Shown: one piece after another, positions 38,973 to 48,615 of the stretch
How positions within the stretch are numbered: position 1 is the stretch's first letter
How the letters are laid out: the number at the start of each line of letters is the position of its first letter
Origin: a virus
DNA length: 64,000 bases
Strand: one strand, 5' to 3'
IMG/VR virus record: IMGVR_UViG_3300045747_000454
Location: 32,001-96,000 of that record
The notes under the pieces: generated by a model
Databases searched by the model: none
Told to the model about the DNA's origin: nothing
What the model saw: only the letters and a program-made list of their open reading frames with translations
Translations under genes and position numbers: made by a program

Positions 38973-41930
38973 ATGACCAACTCAGAACTAGAACAGTTCT
39001 CGACTGCTATCGTCAATGCTATCAAGAAGTCTGGGCTTGCCGCTTAGGCGCCCCCCAAGCGGCAAGCCACTACTGAAGACCGCAAGGAGCAAGCCGAAAA
39101 GAAGCGTGGTGCTGGTGTCATCTTCTCGACGACTACTTCGATCAAGAGCCTTGGGGCAACGGCTGACCTAGCCGCAGGTGCGCTTCGTGATCTTTCAAAG
39201 ACCGCGCTGCGATCCATCATTGGCCTGTCTCAATTCACCTCAGCGCTTGAGGACTCTTCAAAGAGGACAACGACTAAGGGCAGAATCGCTGGTCGGGTCG
39301 CGGCGAAGCCGGCCAAAGTATCGGCGGATGCTGCCATTGCACGTGCAATGGCATCACTCAAAGACCAGGAGCGTGCCGAAGAGCGTGAACGCAACGGGCG
39401 TGAGAGTCAGCGCATTTTGGCTGAACAAGCCAGAGCGCGAAAGGAAAAGGCTCGCCAAGACCGTGTTCAGAAGGCTCGCGTCACGCCAACTGGAAAGCCA
39501 GAGCGTTCAGAATTTGTCGGGCCAATCAAGCCAGAAGAAATCATTGATACCTCTGACAAGCTCAAGCCCATCGATCTCATCGACACAAAGAAGCAGCTTG
39601 AGTGGAAGACTGGTCCAGAGTTCATCATGGACAAATACCTTAAGCCGATTGCTGTCGACATCGACAAAAAGCTTAAGGCACGAACAGCAGCATTTGCGAA
39701 GTTCGAGGGAGATGAGGATCTAGCCAATGCTCGGCGTCGCGATGCAATTGATCACAACGTCCTGCAAATTGGCGCCTTCGCGACCAAGTCGATGGGCATT
39801 CTTTGGCGCACAACGCTTGATTCACTGAACATTATGTTTGGCACGCTTGCACAGCGTGGCTACGGTACATCAGACTCATTCAGCACTCTTGCCGTGAACT
39901 CAGCACGCGCTGGCATGAGCATTCAAGAGTACACAGAGATGATGGACAGCAGCATGGCTGTTGTCTCGCGCTCGTCAAGCTTCGCTGACTTCGACAGTAA
40001 GCTGAAAGTTGGAACTAACGCGCTGAAGGAGTTCGGCATTGCCGGACCAGAGGCGACCAAGGCCGTTGCTAGCTTGATGACATCATCGACGCAGCTTGGC
40101 ATTCCACAGGACCAGCTGAAGGAGAGTATTGAAGCTCAGATGACGGCGTTCAGACAGCTGCAGAAGACTACTGGCATTACGATCACGGACTTCGCTCGAC
40201 TGTCTGCCGAGGTTAGCTCGTATGAGTCGGTTCAGACGGAGCTTGCCGCCCTTGATCCGGCGCAGCGTGATGCTCGTCGTGCTGCGCTGACTCAGCAGTA
40301 CGCGTACGCCAAGTCGCTTAACATCTCAGAGCGCGCTCAAGCTAGCTTCACACAAGCCATCATTGAGCAGCGCCGCTCAACAGTCAAGACTCGCTACAAT
40401 CAAGCTGGTCGTCTGATGCAAGCCGGCGGTATGGTTGGCATGGGTGCTGATCAGATCGAAGAGATGCGTAAGCTCTCGCTCAATCGTTACAAGAGCGATG
40501 ATGAGCAGAAGCGCTACATGGATTTACTTGGCAAGCTCGGCACTGGCATGGAGCAGGTTCAGCAGCAAGGTGGTCCAGGCTCGCAGTACCAGATGGACAC
40601 AATGAAGGAGCTGCTTGACTCGAACGGCATGACCTCGGCAATGGACGCCGCCATGGCTATCAAGCTTGGCAAGGAATCTGGAAAGACTGGCAATGCCGAC
40701 ATGTCGCGCAGCGTTAGCGAGCTCGATAAGAATCTGTCTGGCTTGTTCACGTGGGTAAAGGGTTGGGGTGCTAACCCCATTGGCGCAGCTGCCATCTCTA
40801 TAACGTCTGCTTTCGTCGCTCTCGCATCGTCAATCAAATTCGGCCTCATTGAAGTGGCGCCGATGCTCGGCACGATAATTGGCGACAGAGCTGGAACAAT
40901 CATTGCGCGAATGATGTCTGGGACGGCGCATGGCTTTGGGTCAGACTCTAAAAATCCTATCCCGTCTGATACTGGCTCAGACCCTACAAAGCCAAAGATG
41001 AGCAAGTGGGTCAAGGGTGCTGCTATTGCTGGCGGCGTTCTTGAAGCCGGCATGGCAGGCTATGGGGCCTACAGCACCTACTCAGACATGAACAAGAAGG
41101 AAGCTGAGGAGGGTGGTCCGACCAAGGAGACGAAGGAGAAGAAGGCTGAGGCTGTAGGCAATGGCGTGCTTGGTGGGCTTGGTGGTGTAGCTCTGGCAAT
41201 AGCACCATTCCTCGGGCCGGCAGCGCCATTCGTAGCTGGATTCGGACTTGTCGCCTCAGCGCTCAATATGTTTGGCGCAGGCGGCGCCGTTGGCAAGCTG
41301 TTCGTCAGTAATGAGACGGCCGTCGAGAAGAACACTCGCGAGACAAACAAGCTGACCAAGGAGATGAACGAGGCTCGTGCGGCTCAAGCGAATGACGATA
41401 ATGTCATGGACGCTTCAGCGCTGGCTGGGTTGCCAACTAGTGCAGTCAGAGCCGGCATTGCAGGTTCAATCGCTTCAGCAGATGAGGTTGCCAAGGCGCG
41501 ACCAGTCGATCCTGCCGTCATAGCTCAGAACCTCAAGGACACACAAGACAATGTAAGCGAGATGCTGGAGGCGCAGGCTCGAGTCGATGCCGCGGCGGCC
41601 TATGGAAAGCCAACCAAGACAACGCCAACGTCGATTGCCGGCTCATCTATCGCTCTGCCAACGAGCGTAGCACCAAATCGCGTCAATCCTACGACCGTAA
41701 ATACAGCTACGGACGAGGCGGCAGAACGGAAGACATCACAACTGCCAGCAGTGCTGAAGCGCGATGCTGTTGATCAGGTGGCGATTCTGCAGAAGCAGAC
41801 TGACATTATGCAGCAGCACACAGATCTTATGCAGAAGAGCATTGATGCGACGAATGATCTTACTCGCACTCTTGCAACACGCTCAACTCAGCCAAGCACT
41901 GAAAACCTCTACCGTCGAGCTACTGGCTAA
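38973..41930 (+). CDS. Tape measure protein (gp29-like) with an in-frame TAG at codon 25 (39045-39047)
   Basis: Long helical Ala/Gly-rich protein with GAAIAGG/GLGGVAL hydrophobic stretches, between chaperone and portal; ATG 38973 follows a late promoter and is in frame (125 codons) with the 860-aa ORF at 39348. Confidence 0.7.
41696..41703 (+). promoter_or_regulatory. Late promoter (CGTAAATA) inside the tape measure gene, likely for portal
   Basis: TAAATA core about 250 nt upstream of the portal start. Confidence 0.45.
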
Positions 41931-41952
41931 CGAATAACGCAGGACAATCACC

Positions 41953-43641
41953 TTGAGCACACTATCAAACTACTGGCGAATCATCACTCCGGCATCGCGC
42001 AAGCAGATGTACACGACGCTCGCCACCGACGCGTACGACCCGAGAACGACTGACGTCTCGTCGCTCTCGTCCGTGCAGTGGTACTCACAGGTTCTGCGTG
42101 GTCCTGGATCGCGCTCGCAGATGTACAAGCAGTACGACGCGATGGACGGCGACATTGACATCTGCCGCAGCCTCGACATCATCGCCGAGGAAATGTCAGG
42201 CAAGAACGACAAGACCGACCTGCCCTTCGAGATCAGCTACGAGAAGGAGGACAATCAAGATGTCTCCGACTCTACGGCAGTCACGCTCCGTCAGGCAGTT
42301 CGTCAGTGGTCAGAGCTGCAGGATTTGAAGCGTCGCATCTACACGATTGGTCGAACGATGATCAAGTACGGCGACTGCTTCTTTCAGAAGATGTCTGACA
42401 CGAAGAAATGGAAGTACATCGACCCGTCGCTCGTCTACGGTATCGAGGTCAACGAGTTCGGCGACAAGATTGCCTATCACGTAAAGCGTCCGCACGCCGG
42501 CATGGGCAGCCCATTCGCTCCTCGTCAGGAGCAGCTCGACGTGATTCCGGCTGACGCCATGATTCACTTCACGATGTGCGACGACATGGGCGACTCCGCT
42601 CCGTTCGGTCAGTCGGTCCTTCGTCCAGTCTTTCGTGTCTATCGTCAGCTGGCGATGATCGAGGACGCCGTCATCATCTACCGTATCGTTCGCGCTCCAG
42701 AGCGCCGCGTCTTCTACGTCGACACCGGCAACATGCCACCACAGCGCGTCAAGCTGTACCTCGAGCAGATCAAGAACGAGATTCGTCAGAAGCGCTCGCC
42801 AACCTCGAATCAAGGCGGCAAGGACACCGTTGACGGTGCCTACGACCCGATGTCGATTCAGGAGGACATGTTCTTCCCTGTCAACGCTGCTGGTCGTAGC
42901 TCACGCGTTGAAACTCTGCCAGGCGGCACCGAAGACTTCGGCACGAACCTGCTCAAGTACTTTCAGGACAAGGTTTTCCGTGGTCTGCGCATTCCAACCT
43001 CCTACATGTCAGGCGGCGACGGGCAGGGCGCTCAGTACAACGACGGCAAGGTCGGCATCGCGTACATCGAAGAAATGCGCTTCGCCAACTTCGTCATGCG
43101 TCTTCAGGATCGTCTTGAGGAGCACTTTGACAGCGAGTTTAAGACCTATCTGAAGGTCGTCGGTCTGAAGATCGACGAGGAGATCTTCAAGCTCAAGCTG
43201 CCTGATCCATCTAACTTTGCGCTGTATCGTCAGGCTGCGCTCGACGCCGACCTGATTGGCTCGTTCAACAACATCGAAGCGACGAAGTATCTGTCGCGTC
43301 GCTTCATTCTCAAGCGCTACCTTGGTCTTAACGACGACGAGATTCAGATGAACGAGGTCATGATCAAGGAAGAGCGTGGCATCACCGAAGCATCAGACAT
43401 TCCGTCCATTCAGCAGATCTATGACCCAACGGTCTACGAGAACCGTGAGAGCCGGACCGTTGATGCTGGTGAGGGTGAAATCGCTGGTGGTCTGGGCGGC
43501 GAGGAGGACATTGGCATGGAGCCAGGCGGCTTCATGCCTGACCCAATGGCAGGCGGCGATCTAGGTGCTGAAGAACCATTGGCTCCTGAAGCTCCAGCCC
43601 CAGCAGGCGGCGCGGAACCGGCCGCAGAACCAGCGGTTTAA
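41953..43641 (+). CDS. Portal protein (T4 gp20-like)
   Basis: QLAMIEDAVIIYRIVRAPERRVFYVDTGNMP, EDMFFP, VETLPGG, YFQDKVFRGLRIPTSY. Confidence 0.96.
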   Translation: MSTLSNYWRIITPASRKQMYTTLATDAYDPRTTDVSSLSSVQWYSQVLRGPGSRSQMYKQYDAMDGDIDICRSLDIIAEEMSGKNDKTDLPFEISYEKEDNQDVSDSTAVTLRQAVRQWSELQDLKRRIYTIGRTMIKYGDCFFQKMSDTKKWKYIDPSLVYGIEVNEFGDKIAYHVKRPHAGMGSPFAPRQEQLDVIPADAMIHFTMCDDMGDSAPFGQSVLRPVFRVYRQLAMIEDAVIIYRIVRAPERRVFYVDTGNMPPQRVKLYLEQIKNEIRQKRSPTSNQGGKDTVDGAYDPMSIQEDMFFPVNAAGRSSRVETLPGGTEDFGTNLLKYFQDKVFRGLRIPTSYMSGGDGQGAQYNDGKVGIAYIEEMRFANFVMRLQDRLEEHFDSEFKTYLKVVGLKIDEEIFKLKLPDPSNFALYRQAALDADLIGSFNNIEATKYLSRRFILKRYLGLNDDEIQMNEVMIKEERGITEASDIPSIQQIYDPTVYENRESRTVDAGEGEIAGGLGGEEDIGMEPGGFMPDPMAGGDLGAEEPLAPEAPAPAGGAEPAAEPAV

Positions 43642-43648
43642 GTAAATA
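43641..43648 (+). promoter_or_regulatory. Late promoter (AGTAAATA)
   Basis: TAAATA core before the protease gene. Confidence 0.65.
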
Positions 43649-43675
43649 GGTTCATCACATTCGAAAGGCTTCATC

Positions 43676-44284
43676 ATGAAAATTCTATCAGAACACCTTG
43701 CACCAGCGCAGTCGAAGCTTACCGAAATGCGCCGCGGCAACGACCTCTACCTGTCTGGCATCATGATGCAGGCTGCGCTGAAGAACGGCAACGGCCGTTG
43801 CTACCCGCTCGAAGAGATCTCGAAGGCCGTTGAGACGGCAAAAACTCGCATCAGCGAGGGCAACTACATCTGCGGTGAGCTCAATCACCCAGACGTGCTG
43901 TCGATCAATCTCGCCAACGTCTCGCACGCCATCGTCGAAGCCAGCATGTCTGGCAATGACGCCATCGGCAAGATGAAGCTCCTCAACACACCGTCTGGCA
44001 ACATCGCCAAGGGTCTGATCGAAGGTGGCGTTCGTCTCGGCGTGTCGTCACGCGGCACCGGCAACGTGAACGAAGGCGGCAACGTCTCTGACTTCTCGTT
44101 CGTCACCGTCGACATCGTCTATCAGCCATCGGCACCAGGCGCCTACCCGAACGTCGTTCACGAAGCGATGGGTTCGAAGAAGGTGATGACCCTCGCCGAA
44201 GCCATGGTCCACGATCCGAAGGCGCAGAAGCACTTCGCCAAGGAAATCAAGACGTTCCTCGAAGCCCTCAAGCTGAACAAGTAA
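43676..44284 (+). CDS. Prohead core protease (T4 gp21-like)
   Basis: KNGNGRCYP, GELNHP, LGVSSRGTG, VDIVYQPSAPGAY. Confidence 0.95.
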   Translation: MKILSEHLAPAQSKLTEMRRGNDLYLSGIMMQAALKNGNGRCYPLEEISKAVETAKTRISEGNYICGELNHPDVLSINLANVSHAIVEASMSGNDAIGKMKLLNTPSGNIAKGLIEGGVRLGVSSRGTGNVNEGGNVSDFSFVTVDIVYQPSAPGAYPNVVHEAMGSKKVMTLAEAMVHDPKAQKHFAKEIKTFLEALKLNK

Positions 44285-44287
44285 GCC

Positions 44288-44557
44288 ATGGAACACTCAC
44301 GTCTCCTCCACCTCGCTGGCGTTCCACTCACGGAAGCCAAGGCCTCATCGCTCAACGACACAGAAAAGAAGTTCGCCGCAGCCGTGCGCGAGTACTTTCT
44401 GAACACGCTGAAGGACCGCATCGGCAATCCAGACAACGGCTCCGACGTGCTCGTACAGTTTGAAGACGAGTGGGGCGACCTGCCACACGCCGTTGACTTC
44501 GTCGTTCGCAGCGTGATGAAGTCTGAAAAGGCCAGCGTTCGCAAAGAACTCAAATAA
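44288..44557 (+). CDS. Small putative internal head protein
   Basis: N-terminal SRLLHLAGVPLTEAK shared with the next gene. Confidence 0.65.
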   Translation: MEHSRLLHLAGVPLTEAKASSLNDTEKKFAAAVREYFLNTLKDRIGNPDNGSDVLVQFEDEWGDLPHAVDFVVRSVMKSEKASVRKELK

Positions 44558-44575
44558 TCCTAACTAGGAATCATC

Positions 44576-44872
44576 ATGAACCAATCCCGCCTCCTCCACC
44601 TCGCTGGCATTCTCACTGAAGCCAAGAAGCCACCGATGGACGTGCCAGACATGGACGGCGATGCTGATGACGCACCCGTCGCCAAGAAGGCACCAAAGGG
44701 CGACAAGGCTGCTCCAGCCAGCGACGCACCGCCGACCAAGGCTGAGATCATTCAGCAGATCTGCGATGACACTGGCCTCGAAGAAACCCTCGAGGGCAAG
44801 GACTGGAAGAAGGCCTGCAGCGCCATCAAGAAGGCGTTCGACGCTGGTGTGAAGAGCTGCTCAGCAAAGTGA
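44576..44872 (+). CDS. Small putative internal head protein
   Basis: N-terminal SRLLHLAGILTEAKK; AGGA RBS. Confidence 0.65.
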   Translation: MNQSRLLHLAGILTEAKKPPMDVPDMDGDADDAPVAKKAPKGDKAAPASDAPPTKAEIIQQICDDTGLEETLEGKDWKKACSAIKKAFDAGVKSCSAK

Positions 44873-44905
44873 GACGAACCTGTGAAAAGTTGGCATCCCT
44901 TGAAC

Positions 44906-44913
44906 CATAAATA
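44906..44913 (+). promoter_or_regulatory. Late promoter (CATAAATA)
   Basis: TAAATA core before 44944. Confidence 0.65.
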
Positions 44914-44943
44914 AGGTTGCCAACACTCAACAGGAGAGCACCT

Positions 44944-45144
44944 ATGTCAGAGCACGCCGAAACACTCAAGTCCATGCTGCAAAGCATCATCAACAATCGT
45001 GAAGAGGACGCCGCCGTTCAGATTCACGACTACTTCGTCGCGAAGACTCGCGAGGTCGCAGGTCTTCAGACTCAAGCACCGACCGACTACTCGGACGTCG
45101 AAGAGCTTGAGGACGTCGTCGACGCCGATGCCACCGACGACTAA
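44944..45144 (+). CDS. Small acidic prohead core protein (gp67-like)
   Basis: AGGAG RBS; helical N-terminus and D/E-rich tail; inside the head gene cluster. Confidence 0.55.
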   Translation: MSEHAETLKSMLQSIINNREEDAAVQIHDYFVAKTREVAGLQTQAPTDYSDVEELEDVVDADATDD

Positions 45145-45166
45145 AAGCCTCACAGGCTTATGTCAG

Positions 45167-45202
45167 GCGGCGGAAAATCAGCGAGATTTCCGCCGCATTT
45201 TT
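45167..45202 (+). terminator. Rho-independent terminator
   Basis: GCGGCGGAAA...TTTCCGCCGC stem followed by ATTTTT. Confidence 0.65.
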
Positions 45203-45212
45203 CTGCAACCTC

Positions 45213-45220
45213 GCTAAATA
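45213..45220 (+). promoter_or_regulatory. Late promoter (GCTAAATA) for scaffold and capsid
   Basis: TAAATA core just after the terminator. Confidence 0.6.
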
Positions 45221-45327
45221 GGATGTGCGCTTAAGGTTCGGGTCCAAAGACCTTGAACTTCGCGAAATCAAAAGAGTAGGACTTGTCAAGTCGACAGCCT
45301 GCGTTCCCGTAACACAAGGAGAAACCA

Positions 45328-46215
45328 ATGGATGAAATCCTGAATAAGTTGCTTCAGTCTGAGCTGCTCAGCGAAGACACGAAGGCTGAAATCTCCGAGC
45401 AGTGGACGGCATCTGTCGAAGCTTACAAGACGCAAGTGCGTGAGGAAGTTTCCGGCCAGGTCCGTCTCGAGCTCGCAGAACAGTGGACCCAAGAGCGTGA
45501 TGAACTCATCGCCAAGGTCGACACCTTCGTCTCTGAAGCGCTGGTCAACGAGCTCAAGGAACTGCACGGCGACATCAGCCGCTTCCGCGACCTCGAAGCC
45601 GAACTGGCCGAGAAGCTGGTCGAAGAGAAGCACGCCCTCGCTGAGCAAGTCGCTGAAGAGCTCGATGCTCTCGTCGACAAGATCGACGCCTTCTTCGAGA
45701 TGCGCCTGAGCGCTGAGCTGGAAGAGCTGAAGGAAGACCTCGACGTGGTCAAGCAGAACGAGTTCGGTCGCAAGATCTTCGAAGCGTTCGCCAAGACCTA
45801 CGGTGAGTCCTACGTGGACGAAGATGCCGTTCAGTCGAAGCTGGCCATCGCTGAAGCCAAGCTGGCCGATGTCGAGTCCACCCTCGTCGAGCGCGAAGCC
45901 AAGATCAATCGCATGGTCCGCGAAGCCAAGATGGAAGAGATCCTCTCTCCGCTGTCTGGCAAGAAGCGCGAGCAGATGGCGATGATTCTCAAGAACGTTG
46001 ACACCAGCCGCCTTGAAGAGTCGTACAAGTATTTCATCGGTCGTGTGCTGAAGGAAGACGAAACGTCAACCGCCAAGCCGCTGACTGAAGGTGCTACTGG
46101 CACCGCAAAGACTACTGTCGTCACTGGCGAGCCAGCCAAGACGATCGTGGAATCCGCACAAGGATCCAAGGGTTCCAACCTGGACAATCTGCGTCGCCTC
46201 GCGGGTATTCGTTAA
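45328..46215 (+). CDS. Prohead scaffolding protein (T4 gp22-like)
   Basis: Glu-rich coiled coil, FGRKIFEAF motif, directly upstream of the capsid gene. Confidence 0.88.
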   Translation: MDEILNKLLQSELLSEDTKAEISEQWTASVEAYKTQVREEVSGQVRLELAEQWTQERDELIAKVDTFVSEALVNELKELHGDISRFRDLEAELAEKLVEEKHALAEQVAEELDALVDKIDAFFEMRLSAELEELKEDLDVVKQNEFGRKIFEAFAKTYGESYVDEDAVQSKLAIAEAKLADVESTLVEREAKINRMVREAKMEEILSPLSGKKREQMAMILKNVDTSRLEESYKYFIGRVLKEDETSTAKPLTEGATGTAKTTVVTGEPAKTIVESAQGSKGSNLDNLRRLAGIR

Positions 46216-46242
46216 TCCTGCCAAACCAAAGGAGAAAATCTC

Positions 46243-47595
46243 ATGCAATTGATTGAAAACTGGCAAGAAACCAAAGAGGCGCTGCTCGAAGGCCTTCAAG
46301 GTTCCAAGAAGTCCGTCATGGACACCCTGCTCGAAAATCAGAAGAACTATCTGATCGAAACAGCAGGCCCACAAGCTGTCGCCACCGGCGCCATCAGCAA
46401 CTTCCAGAAGATCACCATTCCGATGATCCGACGTATCCTCCCAGGTACGATCTCTTCGGACCTGGTTGGTCAACAGCCAATGGCTGGCCCAGTCGGCCTG
46501 GTGTACTCGCTGCGCTTCGCCTACGGTGAAGACGCGACGACTCCGACGACCGGTACTGACATCACTGCTGGCGACGAAATCTACAGCAACAACGTCTCGA
46601 AGTTCAAGCGCTTCTACTCGACGCAAGTCGGCGGCACCACTGGCTACCCGCCAGTCGGCACCACGACCTCTGACGGTCACCCAGTCCCGAACGTTGACAC
46701 CCGTCCTGACGCTTCGATCACCAACACGACCGGCACGTTCAATCCGATGGACAACACGTCGGCCGGTATGGAAGGCTTCGGCGGTCGCTCGCTGCGCCTC
46801 GCTGTTCTGAAGCAGACGATCACGGCCGGTTCACGCAAGCTGCAAGCTCGCTGGACCATGGAAGCTGCTCAAGACCTGAACAGCCAGCACGGCATGGACC
46901 TCGAGTCCGAGCTGACCGCTGCTCTGTCCACCCAGATCGCTCATGAAATCGACAACGAAATCCTGACCGACCTGATGGGTCTCGCTTCGACCGTCGCTAC
47001 GTTCGACTTCGCTGCAATCCCGGCTGGCATCACCGCCAACTACCTCGGCGACCGCTACGCCCACCTCGGCATCCTCATCAACAAGATGGCGAACGAGATC
47101 GGTGTCAAGACCCGTCGTGGCCCAGCAAACTGGCTCGTCGGTGGTCACCTGATCACTTCGATGCTGCAGTCCGCTGCCAAGTCGGTGTTCGCCCCGGCCG
47201 TTCAAGGCTCGTTCGCTGACCCGATCGGCAACAAGCTGGTCGGCACGCTGAATGGCTCGATCAAGGTCTACGCATACAACTGGGGTCTCCAAGACGCCTG
47301 GCAGATGTCGTCGACTGGCTCGCCAACCGGCATGGTCAACGCCATGGGTACCGTCGGTGAAGAAGTTCTGCTCGGCTTCAAGGGCGGTTCGTCCGAACTT
47401 GACACTGGCTACTTCTACTGCCCGTACATCCCGCTGATGAGCACTGGTGTGGTCATGGACGCCAACACGTTCAGCCCAGCCGTCTCGCTCATGACGCGCT
47501 ACGGCAAGTGCACGTTCCTGAACACGAACACGTCGCTCGGGAACTCAGCAGATTACTACGCCAGAATTTTGGTCAAGAACGTCAGTTTTTCCTGA
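46243..47595 (+). CDS. Major capsid protein (T4 gp23-like)
   Basis: LLENQ, DLVGQQPMAGPVGLVYSLR, SRKLQARWTMEAAQDL, GYFYCPYIPL, MTRYG. Confidence 0.97.
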   Translation: MQLIENWQETKEALLEGLQGSKKSVMDTLLENQKNYLIETAGPQAVATGAISNFQKITIPMIRRILPGTISSDLVGQQPMAGPVGLVYSLRFAYGEDATTPTTGTDITAGDEIYSNNVSKFKRFYSTQVGGTTGYPPVGTTTSDGHPVPNVDTRPDASITNTTGTFNPMDNTSAGMEGFGGRSLRLAVLKQTITAGSRKLQARWTMEAAQDLNSQHGMDLESELTAALSTQIAHEIDNEILTDLMGLASTVATFDFAAIPAGITANYLGDRYAHLGILINKMANEIGVKTRRGPANWLVGGHLITSMLQSAAKSVFAPAVQGSFADPIGNKLVGTLNGSIKVYAYNWGLQDAWQMSSTGSPTGMVNAMGTVGEEVLLGFKGGSSELDTGYFYCPYIPLMSTGVVMDANTFSPAVSLMTRYGKCTFLNTNTSLGNSADYYARILVKNVSFS

Positions 47596-47630
47596 GATCA
47601 AGCGCACGGTGCGACGCAAGTCGCACTACC

Positions 47631-48248
47631 TCAAGAGGGCTCCTTCGGGAGCCCTTTTTGTTTATACTGACGCCCACGGTACCAACCTTCGCCTGGACAC
47701 TCGCGCCCCGCCTTGGTGATTACACCGTTGGTCCACCAGAAGGTCCCAGATCTGATGGCGACAAGTTTCGCCTTACATTCATCAGACTTAGGGATGCCTT
47801 TGTGCCCTTCTGAAATAGCCTTGCACTGCGCCTCGCTGAGTTTTCTGCCTGTCATCGTCTTGACTTGCCTCGCAATTGATTCAGGCTTCTTTGGCTTCCC
47901 CTTCTGAGAAGCGCTCATACGCAACTTCGTCTCTTCACTGTGTTTGCGCCCCTGCATAGTTGGCACATTGTCAATGGTCTTGTTCAGAAACAGCGGGTTG
48001 ACATCCGCCTTCATTCGCTTCAGGACTTTGTGTTCCCAATCACGCGCCTTCGCTGGCTCTACAAATGTCTGGCGTATCTGAATGACAGATGGCTCACCGT
48101 GTTCTTGTCTGAACAACTTGACATACTTAGATGATGTGAAGTACTTTGTCCAAAGGTCTGATGGGTCGCAGTTCGGGCGCCAGCGAACCCCGTAGTACCA
48201 CGTGTTGTGTTCGGGCCAGCCAATCAAGTATGTGTAGGGTGTTGTCAT
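47631..48248 (-). mobile_element. Free-standing homing endonuclease (GIY-YIG-like, NUMOD3 repeats)
   Basis: YTYLIGW...WYYGVR...YFTSS...E..VL; HSEETKLRMS and LSEAQCKAIS repeats; GWYRGR end; own late promoter at 48275-48282. Confidence 0.8.
47635..47659 (+). terminator. Rho-independent terminator after the capsid gene
   Basis: AGGGCTCC-TTCG-GGAGCCCT-TTTT (cUUCGg loop); a second hairpin GTGCGAC-GCAA-GTCGCAC at 47609-47626. Confidence 0.9.
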
Positions 48249-48381
48249 AGGGTTTCCTAAAGTTCCAAACGTTCTATTTATCTAATCGGACAGGCGAAAA
48301 CTGCCGGTGCCAGAACCTGACCTTAGGTCGCGCGGCACCGCCGACAGAATACAATAGGAACTTCTAGTTAAAGGAGAGTTC

Positions 48382-48615
48382 ATGCGCGTTGACATCGAAT
48401 CAATAATTCTGGAGTGTGCCGAAACGGTCTCACACTTCCTTGGCGACCCGTCGCTGCAGGACAGCTTCGCCACCATGTGCTTCGACAGCCTCGACATGGT
48501 TGACTTCGTGATGGAGGTCGAGGACGCCTTTGACCTCGAGATCGACGATGACGCTGCCATGAGCTGGGTCACGCTGCAGGACACGGTTGACTATGTCAAG
48601 AGCGTGCTGACATGA
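48382..48615 (+). CDS. Acyl carrier protein 1
   Basis: FDSLDMVDFVMEVEDAFDLEIDDD phosphopantetheine-attachment motif, acidic 77 aa. Confidence 0.85.
   Translation: MRVDIESIILECAETVSHFLGDPSLQDSFATMCFDSLDMVDFVMEVEDAFDLEIDDDAAMSWVTLQDTVDYVKSVLT

Noticed and set aside
39178-39723. 181-aa alternative-frame ORF over the tape measure 5' region as a frameshift partner
   Set aside because: No RBS or slippery site, and the sequence looks like an off-frame translation; the in-frame reading from 38973 explains the region better
48301-48347. Nested inverted repeat (CGGTGCC...GACCT-T-AGGTC...GGCACCG) as a tRNA or ncRNA
   Set aside because: Too short, no cloverleaf or T-loop consensus; no tRNA genes were recognised anywhere in the window
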